Assembly (NCBI GenBank): GCA_905178155.1
Contig: CAJINV010000001.1
Location: 14,504,158 to 14,568,157 of the forward strand
DNA length: 64,000 bases
Reading direction: 5' to 3'
Source: Amoebophrya sp. A120
Lineage: Eukaryota; Protista; Dinoflagellata
Part shown: positions 24,611 through 38,840 of the stretch, piece after piece
Position numbering within the stretch: the first letter of the stretch is position 1
Layout of the letters: each line of letters begins with the position of its first letter
Position numbers and translations under genes: made by a program
The notes under the pieces: model-generated
Database searches by the model: none
Seen by the model: the letters and a program-made list of their open reading frames with translations, nothing else
What the model was told of the DNA's origin: nothing

Positions 24611-25345
24611 AATTCGGACGCTCGGGCCGATTAACTGAAAAGATCACCAGAACGAGTTCGCTATTTTTGCTTTTTCTCAAGCTTGTGATGAGTCGAGTCA
24701 AAAGGAAAGGACGCGGCACTAGTTGTGCGTAACGGTTGTAACACTCACAGCAATGTTACGAAAGGAGGAGCTCTGCCAGAGGCTGGTGGTGGAACGATTG
24801 CTTCAGGTGCAGCTGCAGGGAAGTGGTACAAGCGTCGCACAATAACCGTAGTAGTTCGCTCATGTAGGAGATAGCGGTAGGAAACAACTCTCTCAATTTG
24901 GATTTAGTCCACGTTAGGCTCCTTGTTAGGCACTGGCACTTCGCTCGCGCGTCCTCTTCGTCCGCTCTTGCCGCACCTGCATACAAAGAAACACACACAT
25001 CTTGAAAACCAGTGACGAACGCATGTTTTTACAAAGCACGTAGATAAGTCCGCCTGTTGCTCAACCAATGCCCATTATTTAATGGAGAATAGGAGCAGGC
25101 CCAGGCCCGCGTTGACAACAGGAAAAAGAAATAAATCCACCACGACGCAGCGCGACGCTTTCTCTCCTCGATCATCGGCACCTCTTTCAACCTCTGACTC
25201 TGACCGCTTCGCCTCATCCTGGTCTTGTGATCAATGAGTTTTCATTTTGATCGGAACCGAAGCCGAACGCATGACATGGGTTGGCTGAATCGGGCGAACA
25301 CAGCGGCTACGTGTCACTCAGCGTTACAAGTCAACCGGCGAGAAC

Positions 25346-26225
25346 AAGATTAAAATTAAGATTTAGACTAACACACAATCAAATTTAAGAAGGCGGTCGA
25401 TAGGCCGCGCAGCGGGACTACGTATCCCACCAACAAGGCGTCGGTGGAAGCGCAATCGGGTGCAACACTCATTCAGCTCAGTCACACCCATCCCCTCGGC
25501 GCGCCGAAGGAATGGATGCGAGCACATCAAAGCCGATGAACGGTCGGGGGCCCAACCTACCATGGGCGGCCAGACAGGCTGCAACTGGAGATGAAGACGG
25601 GCAACATAATCCCGGGCCAGCGCCGATATTACAGAACTAAGCAGCGCACCGCGCGCGCTATCGGGCTGAAAGCGGCCCACCCATGAATCAGGAACGGAAC
25701 CCGGCCGCCAGCGCCTGCAAAGTAAGCACGCGCGAGGCCACATCCTAGGCAGCCCGGCGGACGACCGGCCACCATTCGCGCCCAGACGCACGACAATACC
25801 CCAAAGGCCGCAGGGGCTTGCTGGGTGGCAGGCCGACGGGCGGCCGCAGGCGAGCGGGGCCGTTGTCCCCCGCACGACGAGGCTGGCGGGGGCGCCTCTC
25901 TGTCTCTGGCGCGCTCGGGCGCGAATGGAAAGCGGCGAGCTGTTCCCACTCTTCCATCGATATGCCCACAAAGCAAATCACGCGCGCAGCCGGCTTCCTC
26001 TGGCGGGTTTCCACGGCGCACCCGCCGGCCGCGCAAGCGTTCCCGACGCGCCAAGACCTAGGCGCAACAACTGGAGCACGCGGAAGCCGGCGCCCCTGGA
26101 TGCCTGCGCCTGCGTTACTCACACTCTCCTTGCTCGCGCTGCTCGCGCCGGCCCATACTAACTCGCTGCCATTTCTGAAGCCTCAAACTAGGCCCAAGAA
26201 AAAAACGGCACTTTTACTCTCCTGA
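25346..26225 (-). mobile_element. GC-rich island, possible 5'-truncated retroelement or other repeat fragment
   Basis: Abrupt GC rise relative to the flanks. The minus-strand ORF 25363-25971 ends directly before an (AATCTT)-like AT-rich tail. No TSD or protein motif found. Confidence 0.3.
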
Positions 26226-26923
26226 GATGAAGATATACGCTCGGAATTAAGTATGATGCGGGAAACCAACAGACTAGGGCGGTAGGTTCCTCTCGTCACT
26301 AGTTTTCCTCAACATGCTTGAGATGGGTCGAAGCCAAGACCTGGTCTTGGCTCTCGCGATGAATACGCAACACTCACAACATCAATACGCAAGAAACAAG
26401 AGCGAGGCTGGTGGAACGCTTCCTGTAGCAGATGCAAGCGTAGCCATACAACCACAAACCAACACCAGCGCGGTAGAGCGGCACACAGGGCCTTCTTGTT
26501 CTTTAACGCATACTCTTTTGCTAGAAAGGTGCCAATTGCCTCTCAGCAGATTTTCAATTCGGAAACGGAAACTATTACAGCCCTCGTCTACTTTGTTCTG
26601 GTAGTGGTAGATGCAAAATGGTTTCTCCTTCTGTCGCGACGAAAGAAACCTGTAGAGCCTAGGACCACGAAGGCGGTCGTCATCTTGATCTGTATCATAA
26701 ACGTAGAGAATAGATGCCGTAAAGGTAAACTAGATACGTATGTTACTTATTCGCAACATCTACATCAGTGGAAACTTGTTTAATATTGTCTTTGCTAAAA
26801 GTAAAACATCAATTCCGGATGCTGATCATGTTACAATACTTTTGTTTGATGCAGTTTTAAATCAAAGTATTCAGCTTCAATCACCCAATCAAGTTCTCAC
26901 TACAAGTGGCGTTGGCTCCAGGT

Positions 26924-29900
26924 TCAGAACGGCTCGACCGGATACCCAGTGTTCAGCGGACTGCAGGTGTTCACGCGTCCCCACAGCAGCGCCTCCTTGA
27001 GCGCGACACAGCTCTGCCCGTCCTCGAGAAGGAACGAGGGGCCCCGGATTACTTCGTTGCTGAGCACGCTGACCGGCGCCTCCCTCTCCGAAGGTAGCAA
27101 AGACCCAGCCAACATCATGGATGGACCGCCGAGACCTGTTGTCAAGAATCAATGATGGGACGAGTCTTCTTCTCTAAGTCATTCTATCCGCTCCGTCCGA
27201 TTCAAGAGAGAACTCAAACAGCAGGTAACACATGAACACGCAAGATATGCATGGATTCCGCGCGGTCGCGGTGCTCGAGGTGGAGACGTTCTAGAACAAC
27301 AACTTTTGGGTGCTGAATCACCACAAGGATTGCCAGACGAACCACAGTGGCAGCCAAGCAACGTACAACTACTTACCATTCCAAACTTTGTCCTCGATCA
27401 TGTCTAGGAGCCAGTGCGCGTTTGCCTTGTTGCCCAAGGCTGGCGAGACCGCCGTCGGATTGTTTGCAGCCGCGCTGCTGACCCATGCGAGGTGGTCCTG
27501 CACCAGTTTCATCAGGCTGGTGGGTATTTCCGCCCCCTGAACAATGCCGAGCTTCTCCATGGTTTTGACATCCCGCGGAAAGCACTTTGCGTGCATGACG
27601 GCGTCCAAAGCAAACAGCTCCGCCGCGGAAACCGGAAACGCCAGCTGCCGGTGCACGACGATGTTTTGGATCGTCTGCGCAAACGCGTGTAGCACCTCCA
27701 CGTAACCACTGGTGAGCGCCACCACAAAGCCCGAATACGCGGCACACGCCAGAAGGGACACGACCACCTGCACGGAGAGCTGGGTGAGATTGCAGCACTC
27801 GAGAACGGCAAGCAGGGAGCGGACTTTTGCGAGGTCGCCGGTCTCACGTGACGCAATTTCGATGATCATCGTATCGAGCGCCGTCTGCGCCGCCCACTCA
27901 AACTCACCGAGCTGGAGCGCCAATTTGGTAAGCTCGATCGAATCGTGTGTCGGCGAAGCTTTCATCCTGTTTGCGTTTTTGATTGGTGTGCGTGACACGT
28001 CAATATTTTCGTAAAGTTGTCGTGCAAATTTTTAGCGCAGCATGATGGTCACGGTCATAACACAGCCGAAAACTAAAGCTACCGGCTGCAAAAACTAGAA
28101 AAATAGGTACGACTCGAATCGCCCCCGCAATTCTTGATTGTTTCCGTCCACGCCCAGGTTTCCGCCCGCGCGGGGGCAGCGAACCCCCTTTGCCAGGAGC
28201 TCGGCGCGGTGGAGGCTGGAATCCGTTCCGCTCATGGTAAAGAGCTCGTGTGCGCGCTCGCGTAGCTTGTAGCGCTCACACTGCTTCGCCAGCAGCTCCA
28301 TAGCCATCCGAGCCTTCGTTGAGATTTCAGAAGAGTCGAACGAGGAAGATCGATCGCGACCCCTTGATGTCGGTGGTTCGCCGCCGCTGCCGCGCGTCGG
28401 ACTGCGCGATCCGCCACTTTCTCGCCCCGGTGAGCCCCTGTTGCTCGATGAGGACGCGGTGGGCTTCTTGAGCAAGCTGTAGCAGACGTGATACAACAGT
28501 ATCTCGTTGCCGCGTAACAACATGTCCAACCCTGCTTCCACCGCGTTCACCGAGAAAAGCAGGCAGGCGGCGGCAACCGGCTCTGCGCTTGCATAGTATT
28601 GGTCCGCGAGTTTCTGTGACACCGAATGCAAGCGCTGGGTGCGCGAGGAGCCACCGCCTGCGGAGGAAGAGCTCGCGGTTGCAGAAGTTCCGATAAGCAC
28701 ACCGCCTGGACCTCGGATAGGTGAGTTGCTTCCAGCGGCGCCCTGATGTTCATCCGGAGGAACACTATGCAGCTGAGCCATCACTCCTGCACCGCCACCG
28801 CTTCCGCCCGCGACAGCAGCCGAAGTGAAAAACGCTCCGTCGGCTTGCGTCTTTGCGGTAGTGAGTGCTTCACTAAGCATGCTTTCGCGCAAGTACCCGT
28901 CCACCAGCTCGTCGGCGTTTTCCGTCGCAAGCAGTCCGACTGCGCGCCCCTCGATCGAGAGACAGTAGCCCTTGCGCTGCAGGTAATCGCGATACATCTT
29001 TTGCCAAAACTCCGTGGACACCATAGGCGCCGCCATGATGGCCTTTTCCCACTGGTCCGCTTGTGCCATGAATTCGCAGTATTGGCGCACGTTGCCGACG
29101 CGCAGCATCATTTGCGCGGCGTTCTGCAGCCGCTCCTCCTTCTTCATGCCGCTCCCGATTTGCCCTGACTGCGACGCCAGGGAGAGTGCCTGCGTCTTCA
29201 CCTGGGCAGATAAAACGTTCTGGTGCCAGATTTGCGTAGAGGAGTCCACGGTCAGTGCCGCGTTCACACTCGGCCGCCGATTGAGGTCGGGGCGCACGTT
29301 CATAATCACGTCAACGTCCAGCCGGCCGCCCGATTTCTTCGGCCCGGCGGTGCACGAAATCGTCCGGTGGATGTCCATTTCATCAGTGCCTGCAGTTCCG
29401 GCGCCCATGCTGGAAACACCACTACTCGGTCCTCCCGCCACGCCAGCTGTTCCTAGCGTGATGCAGTGTTCCAGCAACGCCCAGATGTCGTCCAGGTTGG
29501 TCCGAAAGTGGAAGAAGTTGAAGAGCAAGCGGTACACACGGAGCACGCGCAGTGGGTGCGGCGGCAAAGTGCTGATTGCGTAGAGCAGCCGCTGGAAGCC
29601 CTCCCCGAACAGCAGAAGGTTCTCCGTGTGCGGGTACAGCACCGGCGACCGGTTCGTGGAGGTTCCGCCCACCGTGATGTGCTTCATGAAGGGCCACGTG
29701 GCCTCGATGGGGTTGGGACTCGGCGGCGTGTTGGTCGCGAAGAACTCGGGGCCACAGACCGAGGGCACCGCGTCCGCACTGCCGGCCAGCTTGCCCAGTT
29801 CCTGGGGCGCCAAGACACCCGCGAGCAGGTACGGTGCGGCGATTTCCTCCAAAGTCCAAAAGCGAATGGTGGTGTCTCGCGAGCTGGAGACGAACATGAA

Positions 29901-32900
29901 GGGCCGCATGGGGTGCGCATCCAGGCCATACACGTCCGCGTGGTGCTGCCGTGCCGTGTACAGACAGATCCCCTGCGAGACGTCCCACACCCGGATGCTC
30001 TCGTCCCAGCTCCCGGACAGCAAAATTTGGCACACCTCCGCGTGCCAGCACAGGGCGCGCACGAAGCTCCGGTGTCCGCACAGGCGGATGCACTCGCACT
30101 GCTTGTCCACGTCCCAAACGCGGATGGTGGTATCGTCGGAGCCGGAGGCAAGCAAGTTGCGGAAGAACGGGTGCCACGTCACGTTGAAGACCCTGCCGGT
30201 GTGCCCGGAAAGCGCGAACAGGGGCTGGTGGTGGTGGGGGAAGACCTTGGTGTCCCAAACGCGAACCAAACCGTCCTGGCAGGCGGTGCAGAAAATGTTG
30301 GTGCTGTGCGGGTTAAACGCCACACCGATGACCACCAGGGGGTGTCGGTACGACCGTCGTGGACACTTGTCGCTGATACTCGTGATCACCGCGAAATTGT
30401 CGCACCCGCCGGTGGCAATCAGGTTCGGGTCATCGGGACACCAGTTCAGTCGGTACGACCTACATAAGTAGTTAACAGATAATTCCGATGAAAACTGAAT
30501 AAACTGCAGTTTGGTATTATGACGGCAGCAACGTGCCCAACGCCCAACTTACCCATGGGGGATCAAAAAAAAAATTTCGGTGTGTCTTAGATATATGATA
30601 TAGATATTTCTATAAGATAGGCAGTTGAACTAGTTATATAATTTAAGTAGCTAGAAAAGGCGTTTTTTAAGGGTTTCAGGACGCTACTCCGCCGATATTC
30701 AGCTCCACGGATTCGCCTCGGTTGTCTCCACGCCGGGGCGCCGGGATACTGCACACGAAGGCGTGGCGTAGATAGGGCACGAAGCTTCGCAGGGGGCAGA
30801 GGATCGGCGGCCAGCTTCCTGTGGCGAGGCAGCGGGACGACATCATTGCGACGGCCGTGTCGCACCTTGCCGCCCTTTTCTGTGTTTTGTTTGTGCCTTG
30901 CTGCCGCTTTCCGCCGAGCTTGGGAGCCATTTTGTGAGGCTATCCAAAGCGCCCCGGCTTCGTTGTGTTCCTACCTGGGCAGATTGACCTCACACAGGAC
31001 AACACGAGAGTCCGGGATCCCCGTCCGCGATGCCCCTCCGAGATGCCCCCTTTTTGGCAAGGGACAAAACGACCACAGCGTCGGGGCTAGGGGTAAAAGT
31101 ATGCCCTGCGGGAGGCCCTGTGTGGACCCCCTCCCGCGGACCCCCCCTCGCGCCCCCGCCTCTCGCCTGCGGCCCTGCAGGCCGCGGCCTGCGGACCATG
31201 TTGCACTTGGCTTGCGGGTGCTTTTTGGCGAACCCCCCCTGGCAGCAGATGGCACGCTGCTCAGCCTTTTCTCATAAGCAGGGCGCGCGGCTTTGCGTGT
31301 CTACCGTGCCGGCTTGCCGTCAGCCATCCCCTGGATGCGGCTAGCTGCGCCAAACCTTCCACAGGCCACGCACAATGGAAAGCGCGGGCAGTAGACAGAC
31401 GCTACGCCATGGGGCTCTTCCTCGGTTTTTTGCTAGGGTTCTGCGGCGAATCCGTGGAGCTGGATATCGGCGATGTAGCGTCCCGGAAGTTGTAAAAAAC
31501 GCCTTATATAGATAAGCTATTAACCTAGCTAAAAACAAATCACTTTTACTAGCTAGTCAATGTACCACTACCTTATTTACACCGAAAAAAAAAAACCGCA
31601 ACCCTTTGGGTAACTTGCCTGTTGGGCACGTTACTGCCGTCATAGGTATAGTACATTTTTGGTCTTCACTACACTACCTAGACGACGATCCTAGACGCAG
31701 CAAATGAAATGGCAGTACTAGGATCAGTTTGTCGACTTCAAATCTTCCATTCGGCATGCCCACCAACATGTTCATCACACGAAAAAACGAAAATCTCTTT
31801 ACGCGAGGTTCCCGTCGTGGGCTTTGTATTTGAGAATGAGCGCGCCGGTCTCTGCCTTCCACACGAACAAGTTCCCATACCCGGACACCGCAGCGATCAT
31901 GCTGCCGTCGCGACTGAAGGCAACCGCGTACAAAATTCCGTCCCCGGCGTACATTTCGCGGAAGCTCTCCCGCTTGGCCACGTTCCACAGCCGCACGTAC
32001 CCGTCGTAACTGACGGTCGCGAACACGTTGCAATTTGCGGGGCAAAAGCACAAGTCAAAAATCGTCTCTGAGTGCGCCGCGCTCGTGGTGAACTGCGGCC
32101 GGAGAGTGGTGATCTTGGTCGCACCGACCCCCCCGGTCCCCGTGTTGGAGGTGACGTCCAGCAGCGTAACCGCGCCATTCGTGTGCGCCACCAGAAGTCG
32201 CTCCGGGTTGTTGGTTGCAAACCGCGTCACCGTGAAGATAGGGCCCTGACTGCCGGCCTTCAGTTTTTCCAGCGGCTTCGGTTGCGAGGCGTTCCACAGC
32301 TGCAGGGTCGCAGTTTTGGCATGGCACGTGAGGAAGTTACCCGGCTGTGATGGCAACCAGAGAATCTTCTCCACCGGATTGAAGTTGCCGCTGGAAGAAC
32401 TACCTCCCGGCGCGGAACCATTGCCACCGTTGCCGCCACTACCCGCTCCGGAAATGGCGCCGCCGCCCCCGAGGCGCTCGAACGCGAACAGTATCGCGCC
32501 ATCGGCGGCCGCCAGGAGAAAGAGCGACCCATCGCTGAAGGCCGTGATCAAATAATCCTCGCAGAGCGGATCCTTCGCCATGCAGTCGCAGCGCGGGCCC
32601 TGCTTGGACTGTTCGGGGTGCGTGAACAGAACCTTTTTCGTTCCCATCACGACGTTGCCGCCACTCTTCGCAGGCGGTTGCTGTGGACAGGTCACGCGGC
32701 AGAGCTGGCCGTCGTGCGTGCCCACGAGAAGCTCGTCCGGCCCCTGCCACTCGAAGCAGCTCCACGCGGCGTCGGAGAACTTGACAACGCGATTGGTATC
32801 GGAGGCCCACCGGTAGAGCGACCCGTCGGAGTATCCCATGCACAGCACCTCGGCCTGCGGGTTCCGCTGCAGTCCTTTGTAGCGCCCGTTCCACCGGATA

Positions 32901-33486
32901 CGATCGCACAGCGCCACGCCGACCAAAGAACCTTCTGCTGCGGGGTGAGCCACCATCTCCTCGCGTTCCTCGGCGACATTCCAAATCACCACCTGCAAGG
33001 AAAACGTATTCGTCTTTTTTCAACACATTGACATTGCACGACGCGTCTTCGACTAGTACATCGCAATGTCCATACTACCAGCTAGCGCTCGCTGCATAGA
33101 AAGATCTGCAACGAAACTCAAACTTCATTCATACTGCGAAAAATGTGGCGCGGGCGCCCACTTCCAAGTAATCTCCAGTATTAGCAGCTAACAGAGCAGG
33201 TCTAGTACAAGAACAATATATCAACTTGTCCTTGTACCTTCCCATCTGACCCGGCGGTGACGATCGCGTTGTAGTTGTGGGACGCCCATTCCAGGCAACG
33301 GATGGATTTCGTGTGGCCCGTCAGGATCTTCCATAGTCTGGGCTTGTCGGTGCTGTCTTTTCTGTAGAGGTAAACGGCAAGCGTTGATGCGTAAGCGAAG
33401 TAAAGCGTTCCCCCGTCGACCGCAGAGCCTATCACTTCCTTGTGCCAACACTGCACCCCCGCGGGCAAGATGTTGATTTGCCGCAT
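26924..33486 (-). CDS. WDR17: WD repeat-containing protein 17 homologue; five exons: 33486..33238, 32992..31803, 30459..28111, 27966..27377, 27135..26924
   Basis: N-terminus RQINILPAGVQCWHKEV...FAYASTLAVYLY and C-terminus GSLLPS...IRGPSFLLEDGQSCVALKEALLWGRVNTCSPLNTGYPVEPF match WDR17 as recalled. Multiple WD40 repeats (GHTGRVFNVTWHP...LASGSDDTTIRVWD). All four introns are GT-AG and phase-compatible. Confidence 0.92.
30518..31644. mobile_element. Non-autonomous TIR element (1127 bp) with about 200-bp imperfect TIRs and 5-bp TSD, inside WDR17 intron 2
   Basis: TSD GGTAT at 30513-30517 and 31645-31649. Termini TATGACGGCAG(C/T)AACGTGCCCAAC. The inverted match continues through AAGGCGTTTTTTA and GGACGCTAC...CAGCTCCACGGATTCGCC (about 30657-30717 versus 31445-31505). 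Confidence 0.9.
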
Positions 33487-35470
33487 AACCTCTCTTCGTC
33501 TTCCACAAGCACGATAACGAACTGCTGCTGAATCTTCGACTTGTTCCGTTTTTGCTTTTCGATCACGAGAACCGTCATAATAGTCACAAACTCGTCATCA
33601 TGTGAATTCAAGTTCAGTGCGAAAGCAAAGGCACAGCAGGACGAGAAGGGGTGTGATCATTATGTTTCTGCTACATGACGATGAGTCGCAGCTTGTAGCC
33701 TATCGTATCATGTTTTCTCTCCTTTTCGTGTTGAACTTCGTAATTTTCAATTTTATGTACGTATTACTGCCTCGTCAAAGAACTAGGATCTCTTGCTTCC
33801 GACGTATTGGCAGCACACCAAGGAGTCCTGCCCGAAATCTTTGCTAAACTTGTTTGCGGCAGGGCGCGGGTAGCGCAGGTGGTCGTGGTCATGATCGCGC
33901 ACCGGGATGAACACAGCTGAATATGCGATGATCACACAATCGTCCATCAGTGCCCACCTCCACGCGATGGTCAGCCCAGCGTGTTTCGTGAGTGGGTACT
34001 TTGATTTCATCACTGCTATGTCGTATGTCCCTTCGCCTAAACGCAAAATTTGTTTTGAACTTCACCGGAAACAAACAAAATCACAACTTGAGTGTCAATG
34101 CGTCTGCGGCCCACGTGGTCAAAAGAGCGTAAGTACGGCAACACCAATGCAATCGTCGATCAGCACAATTATACTAGATACCATAGATTATAATCGGAAG
34201 GAGCGTGCCGCGACGCGCGGCAGCATGCAATCTGATTTCTTTTTTACGGACAGCAGCATATTCTGGTGATCTAACGGAGCACTATGCATTGTGTTCGTTT
34301 TCATTCTGCAGCAAGCCACCGCTACCGTATACAGTTCCCGTGTTCGGATATCAAAGTCATCTAAAATTTAGGCTTCGTAAATCACTTGCATACAGTGGTC
34401 ACCAGGAGAAACATATGACTGCTCGATAGAAGGGTATTAGACTGAAGATCAACAGAAAACTATACCAGTGAAACTTTGAGTGCTAGTGAAACCATATGCA
34501 TTTCCGACATGCGAGGAGTGCTAGTGAAACCAAAATCATAGCAAACAAAGGAAATGGAAATCAATGAAATTTTTCAGACAGCAATATCAATATTACGAGT
34601 AACGCACCTATAAGTTGCTAACCCTCTACTTGAACAAACAGAAACACGGAACAGTACAAGTGGATCAGACCCAAAAATAGTGTACCAGTTTCAAAGCCTG
34701 AAAAACCGCGTGTCCTGGTCCTCAAACCAGGACCACAAATCTCACAGGTAGAACATCCATATACGCTAGTAGTGCCTCCGTGTCAGAATCAGAAACTAAC
34801 AGAGTTTGATCATCACTAAATCTAAATGGAAATACTACGTACTTCTTGGTTGTGCATGTGCTTGTGGTGCTGGTCACCAGCACCACAAGTCAGTCATCTT
34901 AATAGGAGGACGGGTAGAGATATCGCGGAGGTGTATCCACGTCACACTCATTCCATCGTCTCTCTTCGGTACTACATTGCTATCTACCCATGCGTGGTCA
35001 ATTCTAGGTGGAAACGGAAGAGAAAAAACAAGTTCTGCAATCGATTGGAAAAAGTGAATGTATCTGTTCATGGTATTCACACTAAAAAAGCGCAAACGTT
35101 TTCTCCGGTACATTCATCGGTCGCTAAGCCGCTCCTGTACCAGAACGATAATATGCGCATAGGAACAGAGATCATGAAGTAGGAATGGAATCCATCTCCA
35201 TGATATTTTTTTATTGATACTTTGAGGCCCATTCTGACAAAGGTATTTCTATATCGAATTCGGGCGCCAGTATGCAGCGCAGGCATTAACTGCGAAAATC
35301 TAGTCTACAGAAAAGCCTATGCCTACACACCACTGCTGACAACAACATCAACAAGACATCTTTACTTGTTTGGGCTCTGCAATGCCAAAACTGTGAAACT
35401 TTTTTCTTGAAAGTTGTATAGCACAACAAGAAGAGTGAACAACACACTCATGAAGTTGAAGTAGAAGTGC

Positions 35471-38400
35471 CTAGCAGATGCAGCTGAATTCGAGCTGCGC
35501 GGTGACCATATAATGGTCGGAAATGTGATCGTCGCTCAAGAGGGTACCAGTTGCGTCACGTCCGGAGGTTGAGGTCTGCCCACAAGAAGAAGAACCAGAT
35601 GGAAAATTGTGTTCGTCCGATCCGCCAGTAGTTGTGCTGCCACTGGTCGAGCTCCCACTAATTGATGTTTCGTCCCTTTCTCCACCACTAGAGCAACTCC
35701 GATTCGCATCTGACACTGCATTGCCAGAAGCCACCTGCTGCGTAGCTGCACGGACATCAACATCCTGGGCTCCGACATCCCGTCCTGGAACGGCAAAGCG
35801 CAGGTCTTTCCGCACTTCGGAACGAACGTGTCGGAAGTGCTTGCTGCTGTAGAGCACGTAATCCAGCTTTGCGTGGTCGTGGTGCCAGGGTTCGAATTTT
35901 CTGATGAGTCCGTTTTCCGAGGGATTGGAACTCAACTCCCCACTGCAGTCCGCGTCGCCGCACTCCGGGAAAGTGTTTCGAAGAAAAAAGTAGGTTTCCG
36001 AGTTGTGGATGATATTGAGGTCTCCGAGAATCACGAAGGCCTCGCCGTCGTAGCCGGGTTCCAGCTGTTGCACCAACTCGCGGTATTCGTCAACGATTTC
36101 ACGCAGCTGCAGGATGTTCTTCATCCGCGTCTTCACCTCGTGCAACGACCCGCCGTAGTGGGCGTGCAGGTTGAACACGCAAAACCCGCGCGAAGCAGCT
36201 GCATCGCTCTTGGGAGATGGTGCTGGAATTTCATTTTTTGCATTTTTGACGTGATGATTCTGAACGTCGTCCCCGGAGAAATTTCTGCGCAGTTGTCCTT
36301 CCAGTTCCCCTTGCCCTGCTGTGTTCTTATTTCTTCCACGACCTACTTCAACGTACGCTGCTTGCACGCCCCGCCGCACGACGCTTTCCAAGCCGCCCGT
36401 TGCTTCCAAAGCTACGGTGAGACCGTGCCTGGTTGGGTACTTCGACAGGAGAAAAAGTCCGTCGCGCAAACTGCAGTGCGAACGAAACCACTTCTGCAGG
36501 CCGCTCAAATCGCTCGGCTCGTATCTCCCGAACACGTCCAAGTCCTTCATGGATCGAAAGGGAAGATCAACATTTGGGAGCTGTTTGTCCTCGGACGAAG
36601 ATGGTGCGGCTGCTACGTTTCTCCGCGGACTGCTGGGACTGCTCTCCTCCTTGCAGTCGGCGGCCCTGGTCGTCTCACAGGGTACCACACCGAAATCCTC
36701 GTCTTCGTTTGCTACCACGACAGCAGCTGCTTGGTAGCCTGCAGACGCTAGCTGACCGGTGTGCGTTGAAGATGTCATTTCGATCCCACCGCAAGAAGTA
36801 GCTTTTGTATTTGTTGTCGCTGGCGATAGGGAAACTACAGGCGCAGCGGGAAAGGTCTCGAACTTTGATGTCCCAGCATCGCATCGCTCTCGCTCAGCTA
36901 TTCCTATTGCTGCAACGGCTCGTGATCGTGCACGGTGTTTACTTTTGCCATCATCAAGATGAGGATGATCTTCGTCTTCCAATATCGCTGGCGCAGGACT
37001 CCAGCCACAGGCGTTTGCGTTGGCCCTGCTGCTCATCTTAGCTCTCCTTGTAACACCGGTAGAAGCGGTCGTTGTCGCAGACGGGGCAGAGGTATCGCGA
37101 ATGCTACGAAAGGCAGAGAAAGAGCGCTGCATCCTTTCCGCTTCGTCGTCCGACGACGAGTCATCGCCTTTTGTACTGGCCAAGCTGGAGTCGGAGCTCG
37201 CCGTTGTGCTTCTTGCTGAGGGATTCAACAGATTCAACTTGCGAGCGTACAGCCCGGCCGTGCAAGAACTTGCAGGTGCGGAAGAGCAAGAAGCCATCTG
37301 CGACGCAATGAAACAAACCCCTGCATGGCAATCAGCGCGGCTCTCGTCCAGACCGACGGCGACGGTAGAGCTGGAGGAGCAGCTGCTTTCGTGGTCCTTC
37401 AACTCGATTACTTTTTTCCCAGCAAATTCAATCGATGGAGTAATCGGGGGACACCACGCACTCTGGCTTTGATAATGAAGATTTTCCGCGTCACCACTAC
37501 GAAAAAGACTTGCTCCGTTGGCGACTCGCTGCGCGTCTTCCGTGCTACCACAACCGGTTGACGACGAGGAAACAATTGCAATTTGTCCTGGTTCCGGCAG
37601 CCTTTCAAATGGTAGTTGGTGTTCCTCTACAACTGCGGGTGCAGAAGCACGATAATTGTTTCTGCACTGCTTCGGTTCGCCATGCTCATGTGCACCTTGC
37701 CCTGTTGTGAAATTTTGTATGGACAATGATGATGTCATATTAAAGAGGTGCGTTGAAGTACGTTGGTTTTCTTGCTTCGATACCAATCAGATCGGCCATG
37801 ATGGCGGCCGCGAATGCGAAAATAAACTTCCGCTACTTATGGCATAGCCATAGCCACAATGAATACGAGTAGTGCTTGCAGCTCGCAAGAAGACGTATAA
37901 ACTCAAACAGTCGAATACTTTTTCTCGTCGGGCACACCTTCAGCAGCGCTCGCCCGCAAGAAATGGCCGGACTCACCGCGACGCCCCCCGCTGCCCCCAG
38001 CAACGTCTCCTGGTACACTTTCATGTCTGCTCTTGCTACACGACATCCTAAAGCGGCGCTTCCCGCTTGTATGGTGGCGTCCTGCAGCAGCTTTTCACCA
38101 GAGAAGGTGGAGGAGAACGACCGCGATTTTGCAACTGCGCTCGAAGAAGGAACTTCTTGTATTCTGTAAGCGTCCGGGCAGTTGGTCGAAGCAGAGTCAC
38201 TCGCCCGCTTAGCCGCGTTTTTTTCCGTCGTGTGGAATTCGATATCGATTGCTCCTGGTGCAATGCCCGCTTCATGTAAAGTCGTTAAGCTTTCATCATT
38301 CCGCGCAGGTGAAGATCGCTTATCAGTGACAACAAAAGTTGCGGGGTGGCTCGGGTTATTTCCCAAGGTTTTCAGCTTCCGCAGCTCCTCGACCGTGAGA

Positions 38401-38840
38401 AGATCCCTGGTGTGGTAGTGCGAGCCCCAACCGGCCAGTTCCGAGAAACGATCCAGGTAGCGAACGTCGAAAAGTTCTTGGAAACCGATGACGTCCACCG
38501 GCAAGTCGTCTTGCAGCCGCTTTCCAAGCGTGGCGGCCCGCAAGTCGTCGTGGTAGGTCGATTTCGGAAGCCATGCTGCGAAGCTTTTCCCAAACAGGTG
38601 CGTGTTGTAGCTAGCGAAGTTGAGTCTCACAACAAGAACTGTCCTATCGTCAGTAGTTGGCAAAGGTTGTTCCGCTGTAGTACTCGCAGTGGCGGGCGAA
38701 GGCGAAGCCGAGGGAGAGGATATAAGGGAAGACAGAGAAGACCGCGTCTTCAGACCACCGAGAGGCAGTTGCTCGTCTTGGTTCTCATGATGATGCTCCT
38801 CTCGTAGTGTAGGAACGACGGGGCTGTTGGCCGTGACCAT
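35471..38840 (-). CDS. Endonuclease/exonuclease/phosphatase (EEP) family protein, sphingomyelinase-like; at least one intron starting near 37937
   Basis: Ordered EEP motifs ASYNTHLF, DVIGFQELFD, DGLFLLSKYP, FNLHAH, VILGDLNI, KLDYVLYS and ISDHYMV across ORFs 37833-38840 and 35471-37786. Donor AAG|GTGTGC; acceptor not resolved. Confidence 0.85.

Noticed and set aside
32993-33237. WDR17 intron 1 as an introner (TACAAGGA / TCCTTGCA inverted match at its ends)
   Set aside because: Only 7 of 8 bases match and there is no duplication beyond the AG|GT consensus, which is compatible with chance.
34478-34532. 17-bp direct repeat GAGTGCTAGTGAAACCA x2
   Set aside because: Isolated local duplication with no associated structure.
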